The notes beneath the pieces were generated by a model that was not told the origin of the DNA, did no database searches, and saw only the letters and a program-made list of their open reading frames with translations. A DNA stretch of 64,000 bases. Source: Eledone cirrhosa (Eukaryota). The first letter of the stretch is position 1. Each line of letters opens with the position of its first letter. Location of the stretch: NCBI GenBank assembly GCA_964016885.1, contig OZ024740.1, forward strand, positions 35,898,001 to 35,962,000, read 5' to 3'. Made by a program: the position numbers and the translations under genes. Below, one piece after another: positions 13,065-29,095 of the stretch.

Positions 13065-14518
13065 ACAATATAAACAGTTTTATAGATAAATAGATTCGAC
13101 ATACCGTTATAACATCGACTTCCATTTGAAGAGGTTTAAGCTGGCAGTGAAAAAATTTTACACAGAGAGAAAGAAAGAGAGAAAAAAAGAAAGAAAGACA
13201 GAAAACGAAGAAAAGGAAGAAAAAGAAGAAATGCATGGAACAAAATAGAGAGATGGAAAGATAGATAAAGCGAAGAGCTTCATGTAAAGAAACAGAAAGA
13301 GATATATATATACAGAGAGAGAGGAATTAGAGATAGATACATATATATATAGAAAATTAGGTAGTGGGAGGTCATTTTGAGTAAATGTATCAATGATACA
13401 TTTATTTATTTATTTATTTATTTAGCTCAAGTATTAATGTAAGGGAGATATATAGAGAGAGAAAAAATATATAGAGAGGAAAAAATAGCGAGAGAAAAAA
13501 ATTTAAAAATAGCCAGATATATTCGAGGCGTAAAAACCCTATGTTTTAATGTATTAGTATTTATAAAACTTACACTATATTGTAAATATCAGTATTCCTG
13601 AATGAGACAAGTATCAATAGTGTGTGAAAATTAATTATCTTATGTTTAGTTTTAAAAAAATTCATATGTTTATGTGACAGCTATAAACATCCATGCGAAT
13701 CCACATGATTCACCCTGCAAACTCTAAGTTCACGGAAAACATTCTCAATGTGGTATAAAAATTTGAGCATACATATATGTGTATTATTATTCCTGTCGTT
13801 ACTCTACAAGATTATCTATCAAGCAGAAATAGAGAGCAGATTTCAATATACTAATAAAAATATATATCAGAAACAAAACTAAAAAAATAAAAAATAAAAA
13901 AGATAACAATAATAATAATAAGTAAAAATAAGTAATAATAAAATAGAAAACTAAAAAAATATAATAATAAAATAGAAAACTAAAAAAATATTACGAAAGA
14001 ATATTACATAATAAAAATATTACATATTAAAAATATTACGTATTAAAAAATATTACGTATTAAAAATTTACATATTAAAGATATTAAAAATAAAAATAAA
14101 CAATAAAAAATAATTATAAAATACTACAATAATAAAAAAAATAAAAATAAAAATAAACCACAAAGATCAACCCTTCAAAGTTAATTGACAATATATTGCC
14201 AAGTTCATTACAAGACAAAGCCAAAAATTATCTATCAAATCACATCTAGCAAAGATCATTTCAAAGAGTTTATGATGTCCAAATTGGTCTACATATGTTC
14301 TTATATTTAATATAGAAGTTCATCTAGTGTAAGGTTTATTCAAAAAATTTGGAGCATCAGCTTTTAGGGCAGCTTAATTTTTCATGAGGAATGTTTAAAT
14401 AAAAATAAAATAAAAATAAACAATAAAAAAAAAAAGAATAAAAAGAAGGAATCAAAAATTTAGGAATCAAAAATTTATCGGCTAGTTTCCCATATAAATA
14501 TAAATCAAACTAAATATA

Positions 14519-15448
14519 CTACATTTTAAATTTAAATTTATATTTAAACGCTGAGTTCAATCCATGTTTGCAACAACTGAATAAATTTGTCCGTAGGTTA
14601 AGGGAACCCCTAGACTTTAGCACAAAGAATATCTCCTCTGCGCAGAGGTCACATGTCTCAGAGGATGAATTAAAAGGAATCCCTCTTGAGACTATATTCC
14701 AAGCCGTCGAATATCTAACGTTATCTAGTTTAAGTTGCCAGAGTACGCCTGATAGTGCCGTTGAAGATTTTTTACTTGGATCTGTGAAAGAATTCTTGTG
14801 GTTATTATAGCGAAGTTTAAATTCCGTCGATGTGGAACCGACGTAGTTAAAAGAATTAGAGTCAGTATTAACATTACAATTGTATACTATATTTTTAACT
14901 AAGCAGTTGTTATTTAACGGACATTTAGATCTATCTCTACAGTTACATTTGTTAACTTGTATATTATTTATGCTATTATCACTAGGTTTTAAGTTCCTAT
15001 TATTTATTCTATTAATATTTTGTGCTAAATTTTTGGTGGATGAGTAGGTTAATTTAATTGTATGCCTATTGAAAATTGAGTGATACCTATGTGTTCTAGG
15101 GAAGCGATTATCAAGAGCTTTGAAAAATAATTTAGCGATGTGGGTTTTAATGTTTAGTGAGAAAGGGGGGGCAAACCAAATTATGTTCCTAGTTCTATTT
15201 CTTTTTTGGCCTTTGGAATTATTGTAATGCTTTCTATTATAGTTGTTAATGTTGTTGCCGTAATTAAAAAAGTTGTTACTTTGTTTAGTTTGTCTATCAT
15301 TATCTATGTACACAATCTTATCAGCATATCCTGCCCTAGCTAATGCTTCATTATAGTATTGGGCCTTTTCGTCGAAAATCTTTCTATTCGACGAGATCCT
15401 AGAGATACGTTTTTGAACTGAGTTTACTATAGTGTTTTTGACAGATCT
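14519..15448 (-). CDS. Penelope-like ORF C-terminal part (RT thumb, Cys-rich linker, GIY-YIG endonuclease), open frame but 5'-truncated
   Basis: RSVKNTIVNSVQKRISRISS...YYNEALARAGY...RNIIWFAPPFS...CNCRDRSKCPLNNNCLVKNIVY...YVGSTSTEFKLRYNNH...CDLC (Neptune/Nematis-type). Confidence 0.88.
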   Translation of the reverse strand, partial: RSVKNTIVNSVQKRISRISSNRKIFDEKAQYYNEALARAGYADKIVYIDNDRQTKQSNNFFNYGNNINNYNRKHYNNSKGQKRNRTRNIIWFAPPFSLNIKTHIAKLFFKALDNRFPRTHRYHSIFNRHTIKLTYSSTKNLAQNINRINNRNLKPSDNSINNIQVNKCNCRDRSKCPLNNNCLVKNIVYNCNVNTDSNSFNYVGSTSTEFKLRYNNHKNSFTDPSKKSSTALSGVLWQLKLDNVRYSTAWNIVSRGIPFNSSSETCDLCAEEIFFVLKSRGSLNLRTNLFSCCKHGLNSAFKYKFKFKM

Positions 15449-16793
15449 TATTTTTATTTAAACATTCCTCATGAAAAATTAAGCTGCCCTAAAAGCTGAT
15501 GCTCCAAATTTTTTGAATAAACCTTACACTAGATGAACTTCTATATTAAATATAAGAACATATGTAGACCAATTTGGACATCATAAACTCTTTGAAATGA
15601 TCTTTGCTAGATGTGATTTGATAGATAATTTTTGGCTTTGTCTTGTAATGAACTTGGCAATATATTGTCAATTAACTTTGAAGGGTTGATCTTTGTGGTT
15701 TATTTTTATTTTTATTTTTTTTTATTATTGTAGTATTTTATAATTATTTTTTATTGTTTATTTTTATTTTTAATATCTTTAATATGTAAATTTTTAATAC
15801 GTAATATTTTTTAATACGTAATATTTTTAATATGTAATATTTTTATTATGTAATATTCTTTCGTAATATTTTTTTAGTTTTCTATTTTATTATTATATTT
15901 TTTTAGTTTTCTATTTTATTATTACTTATTTTTACTTATTATTATTATTGTTATCTTTTTTATTTTTTATTTTTTTAGTTTTGTTTCTGATATATATTTT
16001 TATTAGTATATTGAAATCTGCTCTCTATTTCTGCTTGATAGATAATCTTGTAGAGTAACGACAGGAATAATAATACACATATATGTATGCTCAAATTTTT
16101 ATACCACATTGAGAATGTTTTCCGTGAACTTAGAGTTTGCAGGGTGAATCATGTGGATTCGCATGGATGTTTATAGCTGTCACATAAACATATGAATTTT
16201 TTTAAAACTAAACATAAGATAATTAATTTTCACACACTATTGATACTTGTCTCATTCAGGAATACTGATATTTACAATATAGTGTAAGTTTTATAAATAC
16301 TAATACATTAAAACATAGGGTTTTTACGCCTCGAATATATCTGGCTATTTTTAAATTTTTTTTCTCTCGCTATTTTTTCCTCTCTCTATATTTTTTCTCT
16401 CTATATATATCTCCCTTACATTAATACTTGAGCTAAATAAATAAATAAATAAATAAATGTATCATTGATACATTTACTCAAAATGACCTCCCACTACCTA
16501 ATTTTCTATATATATATGTATCTATCTCTATTTCCTCTCTCTCTATATATATATATCTCTTTCTGTTTCTTTACATGAAGCTCTTCGCTTTATCTATCTT
16601 TCCATCTCTCTATTTTGTTCCATGCATTTCTTCTTTTTCTTCCTTTTCTTCGTTTTCTGTCTTTCTTTCTTTTTTTCTCTCTTTCTTTCTCTCTGTGTAA
16701 ATTTTTTTCACTGCCAGCTTAAACCTCTTCAAATGGAAGTCGATGTTATAACGGTATGTCGAATCTATTTATCTATAAAACTGTTTATATTGT

Positions 16794-16857
16794 ATTTTGT
16801 CTGAGGAAGGCATAGCATATTGTTAATATGATATCCCCAAAATATATATAATGAAAT
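16794..16857 (+). ncRNA. Hammerhead motif with mutated core (GAAA to AAAA); inverted twin of 13001-13064
   Basis: attttgt-CTGAGGA-...atatcccc-AAAA-tatata-TA-atgaaat. Confidence 0.6.
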
Positions 16858-16986
16858 AAATATGGTTTTATAAATATAGTTTCCATTTATTTAATATTGT
16901 AAATATACTCCAAATATTTGTCGAGTGCTTTTATATCAGTTATAAATATTTACTAGTTGTAACCCAACAATTTTAAATATAACTTT

Positions 16987-17038
<52 letters not shown>

Positions 17039-17039
17039 T

Positions 17040-17076
<37 letters not shown>

Positions 17077-17077
17077 A

Positions 17078-17286
<209 letters not shown>

Positions 17287-17345
17287 TATATATATATATG
17301 TAAATATATATAAATATAAATATATATAAATATATATATATATAC

Positions 17346-17454
<109 letters not shown>

Positions 17455-17557
17455 AATATATATGTATATAAATATATATATATATATATAAATATATATA
17501 TATATAAATATACAAAATATATATATATATATGAATATATATATATATATATATATA

Positions 17558-17621
<64 letters not shown>

Positions 17622-17637
17622 TATAAATATATATATA

Positions 17638-17697
<60 letters not shown>

Positions 17698-17731
17698 AAT
17701 ATATATACGTATATATATAAATATATATATA

Positions 17732-17836
<105 letters not shown>

Positions 17837-18102
17837 TTATATATATTTATATATATTTATATATTTATATATATATATTTATATATTTATATATATATTT
17901 ATATATATTTATATATATTTATATATTTATATATATATATATATATAAAAATATATATATATTTATATATTTATATATATATATATATAAATATATATTT
18001 TTTTTCTCATCCGGAAAAAAATTCTTTTGGGATTGTGTCAAGAAAATAAATTTGTTGAAAGCACAAGTGAAGCCATTTTTTCTTCCCCACTGTCTTATAT
18101 AT

Positions 18103-18137
<35 letters not shown>

Positions 18138-18154
18138 AATATATATATATATAA

Positions 18155-18219
<65 letters not shown>

Positions 18220-18270
18220 AATATATATATATATAAATATATATATATATAAATATATATATATATAAAT

Positions 18271-18303
<33 letters not shown>

Positions 18304-18306
18304 AAT

Positions 18307-18339
<33 letters not shown>

Positions 18340-18357
18340 AATATATATATATCTATA

Positions 18358-19450
<1,093 letters not shown>

Positions 19451-19455
19451 TATTC

Positions 19456-19554
<99 letters not shown>

Positions 19555-19582
19555 AAATATATATAAATATATATATATAAAT

Positions 19583-19613
<31 letters not shown>

Positions 19614-19615
19614 AA

Positions 19616-19724
<109 letters not shown>

Positions 19725-19736
19725 TATATATATATA

Positions 19737-19768
<32 letters not shown>

Positions 19769-19853
19769 AGTAAATATATATATATATATAAATAAATATA
19801 TATATATATATATAAATATATATATATATAAATATATATATACATAAATATAT

Positions 19854-19950
<97 letters not shown>

Positions 19951-19953
19951 AAT

Positions 19954-20102
<149 letters not shown>

Positions 20103-20103
20103 T

Positions 20104-20140
<37 letters not shown>

Positions 20141-20192
20141 AATATATAAATATATTTCGTTTCTGACCCTCCCAAAGTATAACAATATATAA

Positions 20193-20415
<223 letters not shown>

Positions 20416-21051
20416 TTTATATATATATATATATATTTATATATTGTTATACTTTGGGAGGGTCAGAAACGAAATATATTTATATATTTATATATATATA
20501 AATATATATATATATATAAATATATATTGGTAAACGGAATAGAAAATGCTGACAAATTGTTCACAGTTGAAAAATGGTTTAATTAGGAATAAAAGAGTAT
20601 TAGTGATTGTATGGGTTAGTATTCAGTTGTGGTTTTAAGTTTTTAAGTTTTTACCGGTTGCGCATTTCTAAATGCTTTTCAAAAATAATTTTGAGATAGA
20701 GTGTCCGTGCTGTTTGCTCTGATCTGATTAGTTTTGGGAATTCTACCTGTTTTTATGTTAAAAAAATGGCTCCAGCGTTATTTTTGTGTTGTAAAAATGC
20801 TTGTGGTCAAAACAATTTTGATTGGTCGGTAGAGGTCATGTGAATGTAAAAAGTTGATTTTGCGCCAAGACTGTTTTTATGTTAAAATGTTAGAAAAGTG
20901 GCTCCAGCAAAAATTATGGTCAAAACAATTTTGATTGGTCGGTAGAGGTCATGTGGATAAAAAATTGGTTTTGCGCCAAGATTGAGAAATGACTCTTTCA
21001 CAACAAATGTGTGTGTGTGTGTGTTTTGCATATATATTTATATATATATAT

Positions 21052-21119
<68 letters not shown>

Positions 21120-21127
21120 ATGAATAT

Positions 21128-21180
<53 letters not shown>

Positions 21181-21183
21181 AAT

Positions 21184-21245
<62 letters not shown>

Positions 21246-21274
21246 ATATATATATATATAATATATAAATATAT

Positions 21275-21305
<31 letters not shown>

Positions 21306-21322
21306 AATATATATAGATATAT

Positions 21323-21455
<133 letters not shown>

Positions 21456-21461
21456 AATTAT

Positions 21462-21493
<32 letters not shown>

Positions 21494-21635
21494 TATATAT
21501 ATATGCAAAAGTTTTATGTAAAATTGTTGGGATACAACAAGTAAATATTTTATAACTGATATAAAGCACTCGACAAGTTTTGGAGTATATATACGATATT
21601 AAACAAATGGAAACTATATTTATAAAACCATATTT

Positions 21636-21699
21636 ATTTCATTATACATATTTCGGGGATACCATATTAAAAATATGGCATGCCTTCTTCAGATAAAAT
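21636..21699 (-). ncRNA. Type I hammerhead ribozyme motif
   Basis: Minus strand: attttat-CTGAAGA-aggcatgccatatt[ttt]aatatggtatcccc-GAAA-tatgta-TA-atgaaat. Confidence 0.72.
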
Positions 21700-21776
21700 A
21701 CAATATATAAACATATATATATATAAACCCTCCCAAAGTATAACAATATATAAATATATATATATAATATAAATAA

Positions 21777-22026
<250 letters not shown>

Positions 22027-22110
22027 TTATACTTATATATATATATTTATATATTGTTTATACTTTGGGAGGGTCAGAAACGAAATATATTTATATATTT
22101 ATATATATAT

Positions 22111-22187
<77 letters not shown>

Positions 22188-22204
22188 AATATTATTATGA
22201 ATAT

Positions 22205-22282
<78 letters not shown>

Positions 22283-22303
22283 TTATATATAAATATATAA
22301 TAT

Positions 22304-22398
<95 letters not shown>

Positions 22399-22400
22399 AA

Positions 22401-22517
<117 letters not shown>

Positions 22518-22648
22518 GCAAAAGTTTTCTATAAAATTGTTGGGATACAACAAGTAAATATTTTATAACTGATATAAAGCACTCGACAAGTTTTGGAGTA
22601 TATATAAGATATTAAACAAATGGAAACTATATTTATAAAACCATATTT

Positions 22649-22711
22649 ATTTCATTATACATATTTCGGGATACCATATTAAAAATATGGCATGCCTTCT
22701 TCAGATAAAAT
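22649..22711 (-). ncRNA. Type I hammerhead ribozyme motif (copy of 21636-21699)
   Basis: Same core and stems. Confidence 0.7.
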
Positions 22712-23549
22712 ACAATATATAAACATTTTATAAATAATTTTGTCGTACCATAAATATTGACCAACCGTTATGTAAAAAGCTGGTTTGGTAGTGAGATGTT
22801 TACAAATATTTAGTGTTAAGCACAGTTAAAAAGAAAGACAGAGAAAAAGAAGAAATGTATGTAAAGAAAAACAGAGAGAAATAGAGAGAGATAGGGGAGA
22901 GAGAAATAGTGAGGAGGTGACAAAAATTCATATGAATTGATAATTCAAATTGATAGGATATAACGTAAAGATGTAAATCTATCAACCCCCTCTCTCTAGA
23001 TATAGCTCTTTCTTCTCCTCCCTCTTTATATATGATGAAATCTATGTATCGGTTGTTTTAACTTTGCCTCTCGAGTTTCTCTCTTGTTTCTCTCTCATTT
23101 CTCTCCTATTTCTCTCACCTCCCCATATTTAATTATTATTATTTGGGCTACCTCTATTCTCCCCCCACCTCTTCTTTCTCTCTCTCTGTTTTCTCTTCAT
23201 TTCTTATTCTCTCTCCGCCCCCTCCCCAACTGTCCTTAACACTATAACTAAATAATTACAGTACACCCTCCCTCCTAAATCTCTCAATTTGTATGATGAA
23301 TTATTATTATTTATCTGTTGCCTCAGCTGCGTCTCTTTTTTCACCTCCTCACTATTTCTCTCTCCCCTATCTCTCTCTATTTCTCTCTGTTTTCCTTTAC
23401 ATACATTTCTTCTTTTTCTCTGTCTTTCTTTTTAACTGTGCTTAACACTAAATATTTGTAAACATCTCACTACCAAACCAGCTTTTTACATAACGGTTGG
23501 TCAATATTTATGGTACGTCAAAATTATTTATAAAATGTTTATATATTGC

Positions 23550-23613
23550 ATTTTATCTGAAGAAGGCATGCCATGTTTTTAATATGGTATCCCCGAAATA
23601 TGTATAATGAAAT
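23550..23613 (+). ncRNA. Type I hammerhead ribozyme motif (inverted twin of 22649-22711)
   Basis: attttat-CTGAAGA-aggcatgccatgtttttaatatggtatcccc-GAAA-tatgta-TA-atgaaat. Confidence 0.72.
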
Positions 23614-23679
23614 AAATATGGTTTTATAAATATAGTTTCCATTTGTTTAATATCGTATATATTTATATATGTATTTATG

Positions 23680-23777
<98 letters not shown>

Positions 23778-23791
23778 TATATAAATATATA

Positions 23792-23895
<104 letters not shown>

Positions 23896-23930
23896 TATAT
23901 AAATATATAAATATATATATATATATATGA

Positions 23931-24109
<179 letters not shown>

Positions 24110-24127
24110 AATATATATAAATATATA

Positions 24128-24159
<32 letters not shown>

Positions 24160-24168
24160 AATATATAA

Positions 24169-24221
<53 letters not shown>

Positions 24222-24235
24222 TATATATATATATC

Positions 24236-24422
<187 letters not shown>

Positions 24423-24435
24423 ATATATAATATAT

Positions 24436-24927
<492 letters not shown>

Positions 24928-24928
24928 A

Positions 24929-24967
<39 letters not shown>

Positions 24968-24984
24968 TATATATATATAAATAT

Positions 24985-25660
24985 ATACTCTTTTACTCTT
25001 TTACCTGTTTCAGCCATCCGGCTGAGGCCATGCTGGGGCACCGCCCTTGTTGCTACACATTTTATCTCCAGCCTGTATAGGTTGGCCACTGGTGTAGGAG
25101 GGAGTTTGTTGCTGCTGCCCTTAGGTTTCCCTCGTGTCTTGCTGTGGGCTCATCCGGGATCCTGGATAACAAGGTGTCGAGATGTTTCTTAAAGACATCC
25201 ACCTCCACGTCATGCAAGTCTCGCAGATGCCTCGGCAGCCTGTTGAAGAGTTGAGGGCCCTTGAATCCCAGGCTATTGCAATACCTGCTCCTTATTCTAG
25301 ATGTGGAAGACGGGACCTTTGGCACCACACAGTGACGTCCTGTTCGACGGTTGGTCCAGCTCCCAATGCCAAAGTTTGGTGCTAGTCCCTCCAGGATTTT
25401 CCACATGTAGATCACTGCGTATCTCTCCCGTCTTCGCTCCAAGGAGTAGAGGTTCAGTTCCTTCAGCCTCTCCCCAGTAGCTTGTCTCCCTCATCTTGGC
25501 AATCCTCTTGGTGTAGCTTCGCTGGATTGCCTCAAGCTCTGTGGTTAGTTTGACACTATGGGGTGACCACAGCTGGGAGCAGTAGTCCAGGCGGCTTAGG
25601 ACAAAAGTCCTCCACAGTGTCAACATGGTGTCTCGATCTCTTGTAAGGAAAGTCCTCAAG
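24985..25660 (-). mobile_element. CR1-group LINE 3' fragment with 3' UTR
   Basis: [23 protein letters not shown]...ERRRERY..IYMWKI...FKGPQLFNRLP..LRD...FKKHLD.LLS.IPDEP, with one frameshift; tail ...ggtgccccagcatggcc...gtaaaagagtaaaagag. Confidence 0.8.
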
Positions 25661-25744
25661 ATATATATATATAAATATATATCTATATATATATATAATA
25701 AATATATATATATATAAATATATATATAAATATATATATATATA

Positions 25745-25822
<78 letters not shown>

Positions 25823-25868
25823 AATATATATAATATATATATATATATGTAAATATATATATATGTAT

Positions 25869-25924
<56 letters not shown>

Positions 25925-25965
25925 TATATAAATAATATATATATATTATAATATATATATATTAC

Positions 25966-25996
<31 letters not shown>

Positions 25997-25997
25997 A

Positions 25998-26040
<43 letters not shown>

Positions 26041-26097
26041 GATACTATATACTAAATATAAATATATATATATATATATATTATATATAAATATATA

Positions 26098-26214
<117 letters not shown>

Positions 26215-26266
26215 TATATATTAATTCAAAATATTAACAAAATAGATATTCTTGTGATCAAGTATC

Positions 26267-26329
26267 TTTTATTATACATGTTTCAGTGGTACTGAGTTAA
26301 CTTCAACAGTACGTCCTCATCAGATAAAA
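26267..26329 (-). ncRNA. Type I hammerhead ribozyme motif in a further pLTR remnant
   Basis: Minus strand: ttttat-CTGATGA-ggac-gtactg[ttgaagttaact]cagtac-cact-GAAA-catgta-TA-ataaaa. Confidence 0.65.
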
Positions 26330-26635
26330 TAAGATGATGCATGACATACCCTGACATAGTAGATGGTTAAGATTCAGTCATGGTTAAACCATAGCTGTTG
26401 AGTGCTTCCAATCTATTGTAAAACTCATTCTTTGATTTATTCATTGAACCTTGTTAAACCTTTAAATATATATATATATATATATATCAAGGAAGAATAT
26501 TTTCGAAACAGCGAGTTGGTTTGAAATGATTAGAAATATAAGCTATCACCGTATTTTGACTAAAGAATTTAAAGAAATTATTTAGCCTGATAGTGGGGTT
26601 AAGAAACCTCGGAGAAATGACAAAAAAATGAGTAT

Positions 26636-26707
26636 TGACGTACATGGGAGTCGAACCCACATCTTTGGTTATCGGGACCACTGTGCTACCATTTACACCA
26701 ACACATC
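26636..26707 (-). pseudogene. 72-nt tRNA-like (Gln-like) cloverleaf inside the repeat, with a T7 run just downstream
   Basis: A box TGGTGTAAATGG, D stem gtgt/gcac, T arm gtggg-TTCGACT-cccat, wobble-rich acceptor stem; the anticodon loop lacks U33. Confidence 0.6.
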
Positions 26708-27024
26708 AACCCTATTTTTCCATTCAAATTAGAAGTTATAAACTTAGCGATTGTAATGTGAAGTAAGAATATTTTCAAAACAATGAGTTGGTTTGAAATT
26801 ATTAGAAATGTAAGCTATCACCATATTTTGACTAAAGAAATTAATGAAATTATTTAGCCTGATAGTGAGTTTAAGAACCCTCGGAGAAATGGAAAAAGAG
26901 TCAAAATACGGTGATAGCTTACATTTCTAATAATTTCAAACCAACTCGCCGTTTCGAAAATATTCTTACTTGACATTACAGTCGCTAAGTTTATCGCTTC
27001 TAATTTGAATGGATAAAGGAGGGT

Positions 27025-27095
27025 GATGTGTTGGTGTAAATGGTAGCACAGTGTCCGTATAACCAAAGATGTGGGTTCGACTCCCATGTACGTCA
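27025..27095 (+). pseudogene. Second tRNA-like copy with a decayed anticodon arm
   Basis: Same A and B boxes, followed by tacttcttttttcc. Confidence 0.55.
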
Positions 27096-27195
27096 ATACT
27101 CTTCTTTTTCCATTTCTCCGAGGATTCTTAACCCCACTAGCAGGCTAAATAATTTCTTTAATTTCTTTAGTCAAAATACGGCGATATATATATAT

Positions 27196-27507
<312 letters not shown>

Positions 27508-27586
27508 ACACTAATCTGTAAAAACAATACTTTCATATTTTCTTGGAATGTTTATTGATGCTACATTTCAAAATAACATATTTTAG

Positions 27587-27664
27587 CATACTATGTTTGG
27601 GATATCTGGTGAAAGCCTGACTGTGAGGATACGAGCTAGGTTATACAAGACCATCCTATATAAG
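27587..27664 (+). CDS. ABCB1: ABCB1-like exon (ICL3), 78 bp, phase 0/0
   Basis: ttttAG acceptor, AAG|GTAAGA donor. Translates HTMFGISGESLTVRIRARLYKTILYK (human [26 protein letters not shown]). Confidence 0.93.
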
Positions 27665-28074
27665 GTAAGAGAATTTGTTGAATGAAAATAAAATATCACC
27701 ATACTGTTGAAAAAAATAATTGAAATGCCTTTCAGATTGATGTTATGGATTATGGTGTATGAGTGAGTTGTGGATCTTCAGTTGACAAGAAAACAACTAG
27801 CAAATTGTATAATATTTAAAGTTAGTAACATAATTTAAGTATTAATGAAACACAAAACCTATTCATATCTTACGCATTAAGTTTCATTTCTATTTATATA
27901 TTTTCTCAGAATACTTTGTCGTTGTCATGGTCTTGTTTTTGTGTTCACAAAATATTGCGTCAAACTAGCTGAAAATTTGTCGATCGACTTTCGTCAAATC
28001 GGACCGAGGAAACAAGGTTTCCATTGGTCTTTCCAATTGCTAATACTATCTATCGGTTGCAACTCCAAGTAGAA

Positions 28075-28183
28075 GGAGCAACGTGTCTTGCTCAAGGACA
28101 ACGCATCGCCCAGTCCAGGAATCGAACTTATAAACTCACGATTGTGAATCCAATTCTATTACCACTCAGCCACGCGCCTTCAC
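28075..28183 (-). mobile_element. tRNA-derived SINE head (second SINE family)
   Basis: Minus strand gtgaaggcgcgtggctgagtggtaa (A box) ... agttcgattcctggactggg (B box) ... tccttgagcaagacac. Confidence 0.7.
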
Positions 28184-28472
28184 TATATAATCTATTTACC
28201 CCCAAATTCATTGCAGATAATAAAATGAAAACCACTTACTTTACTACATCAACGTAGTCCATGTCACAGTTTGTGATCAATACACCTCCAACATAAAATA
28301 TAGTAGCATAATACAAATATACCATAGATTGAGTGAAGGCAAAGGCAATTCCCGTTTTCTGTGCAGATGTCATAGCTACACTGATAATACAAAAAAAAAA
28401 CATGTAAACTTTATAAACTTAGACATTTCTGTATGAAAATATATTGGAGTATTTAGATTAGCTTTCTGTGGG

Positions 28473-28643
28473 TAGCTGGTATACCACTAAAATATTGACT
28501 TCCTGCCCAGACCAAACTAATCCCACTGGACATCTGTTTACAATAGCTGGTACACCACTAAAATATTCACTTCCTGTCCAGACCAAACTAATCCCACTGG
28601 ACATCTGTTTCAATAGCTGGTACACCACTAAAATATTGACTTC
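28473..28643. repeat. 70-71 bp tandem repeat, ~2.4 copies, abutting a Penelope ORF start fragment
   Basis: tagctggtayaccactaaaatattsacttcc at 28473, 28544 and 28614. Confidence 0.85.
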
Positions 28644-28830
28644 AATATTTGGTGTCGAAGTTCCGGTTGTCGCGGTATCTATTGTAGAAAAATATTCTCC
28701 ATCTCAGTCTTTTCGCAAACAGGTCGATTTTTTGCGTGAGTATCCGAAGGTAAAGTTTTCTCGGTGGAACTGGGATGTTCTTGGTGGAGAAGTCGATAGT
28801 GTGTTTCCGCATGGTAGGTGCAATGAAACT
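28644..28830 (-). pseudogene. N-terminus of a Penelope-like ORF
   Basis: Minus strand TIDFSTKNIPVPPRKLYLRILTQKIDLFAKRLRWRIFFY, matching the STKNIP...RMRWKAFF N-terminal motif of PLE ORFs. Confidence 0.7.
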
Positions 28831-28995
28831 TGAGCTGGGTGGAAAAGTCAGGCTATGGTGTGGTAGGGTTGGAAAGTGCTCTACTACGGAGGTAGGAGCT
28901 AGATAACGAAGGAGGTATGGTAAGGAACCAGATGGACCCTAACTCACCTGAGTACTCAATACTTAGGGTAGCATAGTGGGTAATGGGAAAATGTT

Positions 28996-29095
28996 TAACC
29001 CCGACGGCAGAGCTCAAGCCGTTTCGACGGCTATTTCTGGACTAAATTAGAATTTTTAGCGTGGTAAATAAATAGCCGGACTTTTCAAGGGGTAA
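28996..29095 (-). ncRNA. Full three-stem hammerhead with decayed core (TTGAAAA)
   Basis: Minus strand: ttacccc-TTGAAAA-gtc-cggctattt[...]aaatagccg-tc-GAAA-cggc[ttgagctct]gccg-TC-ggggttaa. Confidence 0.6.

Larger units (their letters stand above)
12957..16990 (-). mobile_element. 5'-truncated Penelope-like element with ~1.45 kb near-identical inverted pLTR arms
   Basis: 12957-14405 is reverse-complementary to 15448-16900 with very few differences. The spacer carries the thumb and GIY-YIG ORF; the element is flanked by (TA)n. Confidence 0.9.
26490..27185. repeat. ~272-bp repeat unit (1.5 tandem copies plus an inverted copy) carrying a tRNA-like sequence
   Basis: aagaatattttc..gagttggtttgaaat recurs at ~26494 and ~26766 and in inverted form at 26900-27185. 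Confidence 0.8.

Noticed and set aside
26636-27095. Functional tRNA genes
   Set aside because: No U33, several G-U pairs in the acceptor stem, anticodon arms differ between the copies, and both are embedded in a repeat.
28473-28643. Regularly spaced repeats as a CRISPR-like array
   Set aside because: Whole 70-71 bp units repeat with no unique spacers, in a eukaryotic context.
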